Of a stretch of 32,000 nt of DNA, positions 31,220-32,000 are shown piece by piece. Origin of the DNA: Wallemia ichthyophaga EXF-994 (taxonomy: Eukaryota; Fungi; Basidiomycota); assembly GCF_000400465.1 (NCBI RefSeq), contig NW_008806285.1, forward strand, positions 150,001 through 182,000, given 5' to 3'. Each line of letters starts with the position of its first letter. Positions within the stretch are counted from its first letter, which is position 1. The translations under genes and the position numbers were made by a program. The notes under the pieces are model-generated. The model made no database searches, had not been told where the DNA came from, and worked only from the letters and a program-made list of their open reading frames with translations.

Positions 31220-31825
31220 ATGTTCTCACTGTTAAAAAGATCAGCAGGATTATCTAATAACATTAGAACATTCTCATCAACTAGATTCAATAAGGAAACA
31301 GCTGGTGCACTAACTTCTGTTCTATCAGATACTGATGCCTTGCAAATACAATCAATTGGAAAATCAGGCTTAACGTTTAGTGATGGCAAAGTATGCAAAG
31401 GACCTGTGATAGTCGTTGATAATAAGATATTTTTGTGGAAAGTGCCTACGCCTACCATGCCATTCAACTGGGGTGACGCTATACCCAAGGAAGCGTTCAA
31501 GATGTTTGAAACGTTGACACCTAGACCAGGTGGGTTTAGAGCTTGTAAAAAGACCATTCTAACTCAATCATTCAGAAATATTGCTTCTTGGTACTGGAAA
31601 GAGCATGCTCCCACCACCACCAGCTTACACCAAATATCTCAATAGTTTGGGTATACAGGTGGATATTATAGATACTGTGGGTTATATTTGGCACTAGAAT
31701 GTGATTTTGCTGACGTGCAACACAAGAAAAACGCTTGCTCTACATACAACGTTCTCGTGGAGGAGGATAGAAGTGTGGCAGCAGCATTGTTCCCGATAGA
31801 TGGCTATGAGTGGACGAAGAAATAG
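31220..31825 (+). CDS. NDUFAF3: Complex I assembly factor NDUFAF3 (Mth938-like domain); 2 introns
   Basis: Presequence MFSLLKRSAG...RTFSSTR; GPVIVVDNKIFLW, LTPRP|EILLLGTG, LGIQVDIIDT|KNACSTYNVLVEEDRSVAAAL. Confidence 0.85.
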
Positions 31826-32000
31826 CTGGAAAGTATTAAAGCAATTACTAGCATCCCCTTAACAAATATTTAGTGACTACAATATGATCAGATAGTGTTT
31901 AGATGACGTCTACGCTATATTAATTACTTGCATTGCGGTTAATTGAGTGCATCCAGGAAATTTCCATTGAAAGTCTTATCAGAAAGCCTCTCCATAACAG

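Noticed and set aside
1-32000. Mobile elements, CRISPR arrays, viral or secondary-metabolite genes
   Set aside because: No transposase, RT or integrase motifs, terminal repeats, spacer arrays or PKS/NRPS domains were seen.

Overview
Eukaryotic, very gene-dense fungal DNA. The protein families, the short (about 40-75 nt) GT-AG introns and the tiny intergenic spaces point to a compact-genome basidiomycete; Wallemia-like is my inference, not verified. I resolve 19 protein-coding genes, mostly housekeeping: CBS/PB1 protein (partial), mitochondrial uL14, delta-9 desaturase, an orphan, Met30/SconB, a GPI-type PEBP, HGH1, PSD2, an LDB/Mfg1-type regulator, Skt5/Chs4, COQ7, OTU2, CTK1, a FYV7-like protein, lipoate ligase, RPL26, VMA8, an ARM-repeat SmgGDS/Bem4-like protein and NDUFAF3. 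Two RNA genes are missed by the ORF track: a clear U2 snRNA (about 24547-24733) and a candidate box H/ACA snoRNA on the minus strand (about 26302-26436) whose first pocket matches a conserved 18S rRNA motif. The most unusual signal lies just upstream of that snoRNA. A 46-nt GTAAGT..AG intron in non-coding sequence, once removed, creates a 13-bp tetraloop hairpin 11 nt from the snoRNA 5' end, which suggests splicing-dependent processing. COQ7 and OTU2 also sit head-to-head with only 12 nt between start codons. I see no mobile element, CRISPR array or secondary-metabolite cluster. Exon boundaries were derived by hand and need RNA-seq confirmation.
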